Shown: positions 58,717 through 64,000 of the stretch, piece after piece
Position numbering within the stretch: the first letter of the stretch is position 1
How the letters are laid out: the number at the start of each line of letters is the position of its first letter
Notes under the pieces: generated by a model
Database searches by the model: none
What the model was told of the DNA's origin: nothing
What the model saw: the letters and a program-made list of their open reading frames with translations, nothing else
Made by a program: the position numbers and the translations under genes
Source of the DNA: Eledone cirrhosa
Taxonomy: Eukaryota
Direction of reading: 5' to 3'
NCBI GenBank assembly: GCA_964016885.1
Contig: OZ024740.1
Location: 430,590,001 to 430,654,000, forward strand
DNA length: 64,000 bases

Positions 58717-59164
58717 ATATATTATTTATCAGTTTCTCAGAAATGTCAAAAGCGCTCCATTTCCGTCGTTTCGGTCGATTTTATTTTCTTTCTATATAAA
58801 TAATGTCAATATTGACCACATTTTAAACAAAAAGCTGTTGCTGTTTATGTGGCTTATTCTCGTTGGTCATTCATCACACACACATATCTACATATAACAC
58901 ACCCACTATATATATATACACACACACATAGATATATACCTACATACATATATATATATACCTACATACATATATATACGTATGTGTGTATATATATGTA
59001 GGCTCCCGATGTAAGTGGGGAGACGACCCACTGTCAAAAAAGGTACTCAATACGTTTGTAGAGTAATATATATATATATATATATATATATTTATTTTAT
59101 TATAAAAATCACTTCTACAAGACTAGAACTGTTTCATTCGTAACAAATACTAGTCTTAATACAA

Positions 59165-59225
<61 letters not shown>

Positions 59226-59381
59226 AGGTATATAAATACATATAAATATATGTGTATATACAGATGCATACAAGTATATATATATATATATATAAAAAAA
59301 TGAAAAGTATAGAAATTATTGTAGCAAGAAGCCAACAGTATTCCATAATATATAAGTGACTATATATATAAAGAGATATAA

Positions 59382-59420
<39 letters not shown>

Positions 59421-59423
<3 letters not shown>

Positions 59424-59615
59424 CAAAGGAATTGTGGTAAGGAACCAGATGGACCATAGCGCACCAGAGTACTCAATACTTAGGATAGTAGAGTGGGAAA
59501 TAGGAAAAAGTATGACCCCGACGGCAGAGCTCAAGCCGTTTCGACGGCTATTTCTGGACTCCAGAAATAGCCGTCGAAACGGCTTGAGCTCTGCCGTCGG
59601 GGTCACACTTTTTCC

Positions 59616-59618
<3 letters not shown>
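59421..59618 (-). mobile_element. Second P3 fold-back element
   Basis: Arms 59500-59557 / 59561-59618. Tail 59421-59499 is homologous to 55851-55930. Confidence 0.85.
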
Positions 59619-59647
<29 letters not shown>

Positions 59648-59788
59648 TAAGATATGTATATATACATACACACACAGTGTTTGTGCGAGCGTTTATTGTA
59701 TGTCGGCAGCTAGTGAAGGTATCTTTGCTAGAAATAGTAGTCAAATTGACACAAGTCACAATTTATTGATAGTGTAAGAGTAGGTACA

Positions 59789-60104
59789 GGTAGTGTTCAC
59801 TGTTAGTGTCTTTAAGACTGGGTACAGACGGGGTGGTCACTATTGGAGTGTCTTTTCAATCGCAGCTGAAAGAGAACTAAACAAGAGTGTATATCTGGAT
59901 CTAAATGTTTCGCACGATCAATTGTAATTGATCGTGCGAAACATTTAGATCCAGATATACACTCTTGTTTAGTTCTCTGTCAGCTGCGATTGAAAAGACA
60001 CTCCAATAGTGACCACCCCGTCTGTACCCAGTCTTAAAGACACTCCAACAGTGACCACCCCATCTGTACCCAGTCTTAAAGACACTCTAACAGTGAACAC
60101 TACC
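59789..60104. mobile_element. Fold-back element family P4
   Basis: Arms 59805-59923 / 59926-60044 (one mismatch). ~43-bp tandem duplication in the right arm. GAAAC immediately follows the central 12-bp stem. Confidence 0.82.
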
Positions 60105-60186
60105 TTCAATAGGTGAAGAAAATTCTCTTAATTTGTCGCTTGTACGAAACCTTGGGATCCGTTTAATGTAATCATATTCACCATAT

Positions 60187-60227
<41 letters not shown>

Positions 60228-60865
60228 CAAATTTAATATTAATTTGAATTATTGATGCTCTGGACAAATGTCCATTGAGCTTTTCTACTGAGAAACACAA
60301 GCACCACACATATTATATATGTTGTGATACCTTAAATTGTATATATGTATGTATGCGAGGGGACATAGAAATACTCAGTTTGGTGTCCGAACATGAGGTT
60401 AGCCCCACCGGGAGTGAGAAATCCCTGGTCCTAGTTAAGACATCATTCTAGGAGAAGGAACATTCTGATGTAAAACCTGTGACTGGAGGGCAGCCAAAGA
60501 TGTTGACCTGTTCTTGTTTTTGGACACCTGTCACTATTGTTCGAAGTGTAGGCCTTTTTTTTACTTAAAAAACCTTCAAACACAAGCATTACTTGATCTA
60601 AACATCCTTCATGTGCGTTGTGGACATGGCCTTTTCCTCTTTCTTTTGTTGCAACATATACAGAAAGGAATCTAAGTCCTTGGAGGAACTAAAAAGTCAT
60701 GTATAATAGATAGGTTAAGGGATGGCAATTCTCCAAACTGAGATGTAGCTATTATGTGTGTGTCTATATATATCCAAAATTAAATTAAGGGAGTCATGTC
60801 CGAGACATGCGCCATATCCACCGTAGAATAAGCTCAAAGATTCCAATGAATAGATCCGAGCATTT

Positions 60866-61137
60866 TATATCAACTAGAAATTGATTGACATATATATATA
60901 TATTTAAAATAAACACATGAAACAATCACAGGGGATAATTTGTAAAGTGTGTAAGCACACACAGCTAGGTAAAATTAATCAATTTAAAAGGTATCTATAT
61001 TTGAAGTTCTAGTTAAACTTTAATTAGTTACCTACCTAGCTGTGTGTGCTTACACACTTTACAAATTATTCCCTGTGATTGTTCATGTGTTTATTTTATA
61101 TATATATATATATGTCAATCAATTTCTAGTTGATATA
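60866..61137. repeat. ~105-bp inverted repeat with ~60-bp spacer (probable fold-back element)
   Basis: Arms 60866-60971 / 61033-61137, each with an internal (TA)n. Confidence 0.85.
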
Positions 61138-61361
61138 TATATATATCTAATGGTAGCTAAGATGCTTCCATAGGCGGTATGCCGATATATATATATACAC
61201 ACACATCACACTGAACCAAAGAGGGAGCCTCTGAGAAATAGCTGCTAAATCTCCCTCAATTAACAGCCAAACGTCTAAAAATGGGAGAGGACACTTTAGA
61301 TAATTGTAGTCCTAGATAGTCTTAATATATCATGTATATATTTATGCTCAATATTATGTGG

Positions 61362-61540
61362 ATTGGCAGTATCGGTAGAGGGTCGGACGCCATGCTTTGA
61401 CGCATAGAGTTACGGCTCTTTCCATTCTGAGTTCAAACCCCGCCGAGGTTAACTTTGCCTTTCATCCTTACGGGGTCGATAAAATAAAGTACCAGTAATG
61501 GGTATTTGCTGGTCTTGTGCCAAAAGTAGAAACAATTATA
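61362..61540 (+). mobile_element. tRNA-derived SINE (family of 25685), full length
   Basis: A-box-like TGGCAGTATCGG, B-box GAGTTCAAACCC, and the family 3' end. Confidence 0.85.
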
Positions 61541-62414
61541 TTATTTTAGTCTGGTTAGAACATAAAATAATGGAGCAAACTAACTGGAGTAGAACTCAGG
61601 TAGGAATGATAGCCACCATGAAATAGCAGGTGTAAAACTATGTACAACCGATGGCATTACACCGGATATTCCTGCCAATAGGACAGACATAACACGTGTA
61701 GTTCCTTTTCTCCATTCCATCTTGTATTTATATTTCTTGTTGGGTCAGTAGCCAGTATTCTTACCAACATCATCCCGAGACGGAAACGTAAATATTGCTA
61801 AGTTTCTAACCATATTCATTTGTGGAATTTTGTAGAGATTGTTGTGGTTTTACTTCAAATTTTCCCTCACTTCACTGACCTATATCAAAGCTTCTACCCA
61901 CCTCGTCTTTTATTTTCTTCTTCAGACAATTTTCTGATAATTGTAGGATATGATATGAAGATAATATAGCTGTTATTTCTAGTTTGTCGAACAACCCTGG
62001 TGCTCTCTTTACTTGATATTTCTCTCTGTATATATATATAATATTTATTTATTAATTTCTATTTAAGATAGTGTGTTATAGTTACATTAAAATAGTATAA
62101 TCTTATTTTAGGGTTCCTTGAAAGTGAACATTTCATACGAAAATTTGGTAAACGAAATATAAACAAGGAAGTGAATGTACTCATATTTCTGTGGACAGAA
62201 CGAGCTGTGTTAATTTTTTAATGTCACAGTAAATATTGACTTTCTGCCTGGGTAGATACAACCAGCGAAACGGAGGGAACGAAATAAGAATAAGAATATT
62301 TATTACGTTTAACACTTTTTTTTTTCTATTTTAACAAACAATTTCCACAATTAATATATATCCCATTACGTTTAAGTATCAACTTTCGCAGCATATAAAT
62401 GTATATAAATATAA

Positions 62415-62455
<41 letters not shown>

Positions 62456-62669
62456 CGTTCCCTCGTGTGTTTTACGTTTCGGGTTTCAATTTTTCGTCTG
62501 CAAATTTCACATTCACGGAACCTTTAAATAAAATTATACATACACGACAATACAATTTATTTTATTGGGATTATATTTTTGAAATATCTTGAAATATTTA
62601 TTGTCCTGTATAACTGCCATCATTTGGGTGTTGCTAAAATAAATAAACTCAGCTACACGCACACATGTA

Positions 62670-62844
62670 TGAGAGTGGGCTGAAAAGTTCATAAGCAACT
62701 ATGAAGGAGTGATGCTTGGGCTGTGAAATCTTGCAGGCATTAATTTCAACTCTTCTTATTAATAACTGCATTGTTTCTTTCTAGGGACTATGCTGGAAAA
62801 TAAACACCATTTGGTCAGCCTATGAATTTTTCAGCCGACCCTCG
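62670..62844. mobile_element. Mariner-type MITE
   Basis: TIRs TGAGAGTGGGCTGAAAAGTTCATAAGC / GCCTATGAATTTTTCAGCCGACCCTCG; TA on the left flank. Confidence 0.75.
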
Positions 62845-62859
62845 TGTGTATATATAAAG

Positions 62860-62909
<50 letters not shown>

Positions 62910-62912
<3 letters not shown>

Positions 62913-64000
62913 GTATAGGATTATCCAAGATGTAGTAATGGTTAATTACTACACTGGATATGGTTGACGTACGGTGAGAGGTTACTCCACGAGTTATGGA
63001 AGAATTGTTGAAGAAACTTAGTTCCTGATCCTTCTGTATTCCGGAGTGTATATAAAGAATGAATAATAACAGGTAGACATGATAAAAAGGTAATTTATTC
63101 CGTGTGCTTACAAATGTTTCTACGGTGGTACTACAGCCTAGTTATGCTATGTGCAAATTTACAAGTATTTGCAGAACTCAAATATCCAATGCTGTGACCA
63201 CTGTATCCTCAGAGCAGAATGGTAAAATGTACAATGTAAATACCCTTAAGTGGGGTTGTTGGGGAAGATAGAGTAGAAAAGGAAGAGAGAAAAGTAGGGA
63301 GAGGGAGAGAGAGAGAAAGATATGCAGGGATTGGAGAAGTAGGAGAGAGTGGTTTGTAGATATCTTAATCAAAATGTTATATAGGGGTTTTATTATACTG
63401 GTTACTTTTGGAGAGATGCGTTGATAGTTAAGGTCGGAATTATTTATTGCCCCAGAGGGCAGGTTCATAGATGTGGAGAGGGAGGTAGGCCAAAGGCGAG
63501 AGAGAGAGAGTGTAATGGATGTAGAGAGAGAGGTAGAGAGGGGACAGACGAAGTTTATGTGGTGAGTGAACTTTGGGTTTGTAGTAGTAATCTACGAATT
63601 GCACTGAGTTACCATTTATAGTGATAAGCAGTGTATTGTCTTGTAGTGTGGGGGAAGAGAAGGTGGTTAGCTAGAAAGCGATGTTATAGTTATGGGTTCG
63701 AATGTTAAGTTATTTTATAGTGAGAGAATTTAGCTTTTAGTTTGTGGTTGCAGTATAATGATCGTTCAATTCTATCGTTAAGTAGTTTGTTTTGGGATTT
63801 TAATATGTGAAAGAGTTCAAGGTTACATAACCTGCAGTACTTCAATCCACTCCGATATGCACTTGCGCTGGAAAGTATATCCCATTTTAAAGTGAACTGT
63901 TGGTTGCGTTCACGGAGTTGCCAGGTCTTGTTGGCGAGCGTGGTCACAAAACGGTGATTAGGATGTTTGATTGAGAATCGATGACAGTACCAGCGAGATT
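62910..64000 (-). mobile_element. 3' end of a Penelope-like element (GIY-YIG C-terminus, 3' UTR, hammerhead, tail)
   Basis: RWYCHRFS...TTLANKTWQL...LKWDIL...Y..G.KYCRLCNLE..HI...LLNDRIE...CNH. Confidence 0.85.
63105..63216 (-). ncRNA. Type I hammerhead with an unusually long stem II
   Basis: TGCT CTGAGGA TACAGTGGT...ACCACCGTA GAAA C-ATTT-G TA AGCA, followed by AATAAA. Confidence 0.72.

Overview
Gene-free, repeat-saturated eukaryotic (metazoan) window; the SINE and RTE repertoire suggests an octopod cephalopod (inference). It contains: an intact CR1/L2-type LINE ORF2 on the minus strand (58-2829); a ~21.7 kb 23/21-bp satellite with higher-order duplications (2911-24592); an internally deleted Buster-type hAT transposon with TIRs and an 8-bp TSD (27341-29443); and, from ~30 kb onward, a dense nest of RTE LINEs, tRNA-derived SINEs and Penelope-like element (PLE) remnants inserted into (TA)n microsatellites. 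The most striking signal is a set of at least 7 unrelated families of short non-coding elements, many bearing type I hammerhead ribozymes, that integrate as fold-back (palindromic) units with one tailed and one tail-less arm. In two families the fold-back axis appears to be the hammerhead's own stem II. In one case the two 507-bp arms are separated by about 20 kb of nested insertions in the central (TA)n. No host protein-coding exon could be supported. All folds and alignments were done by eye.
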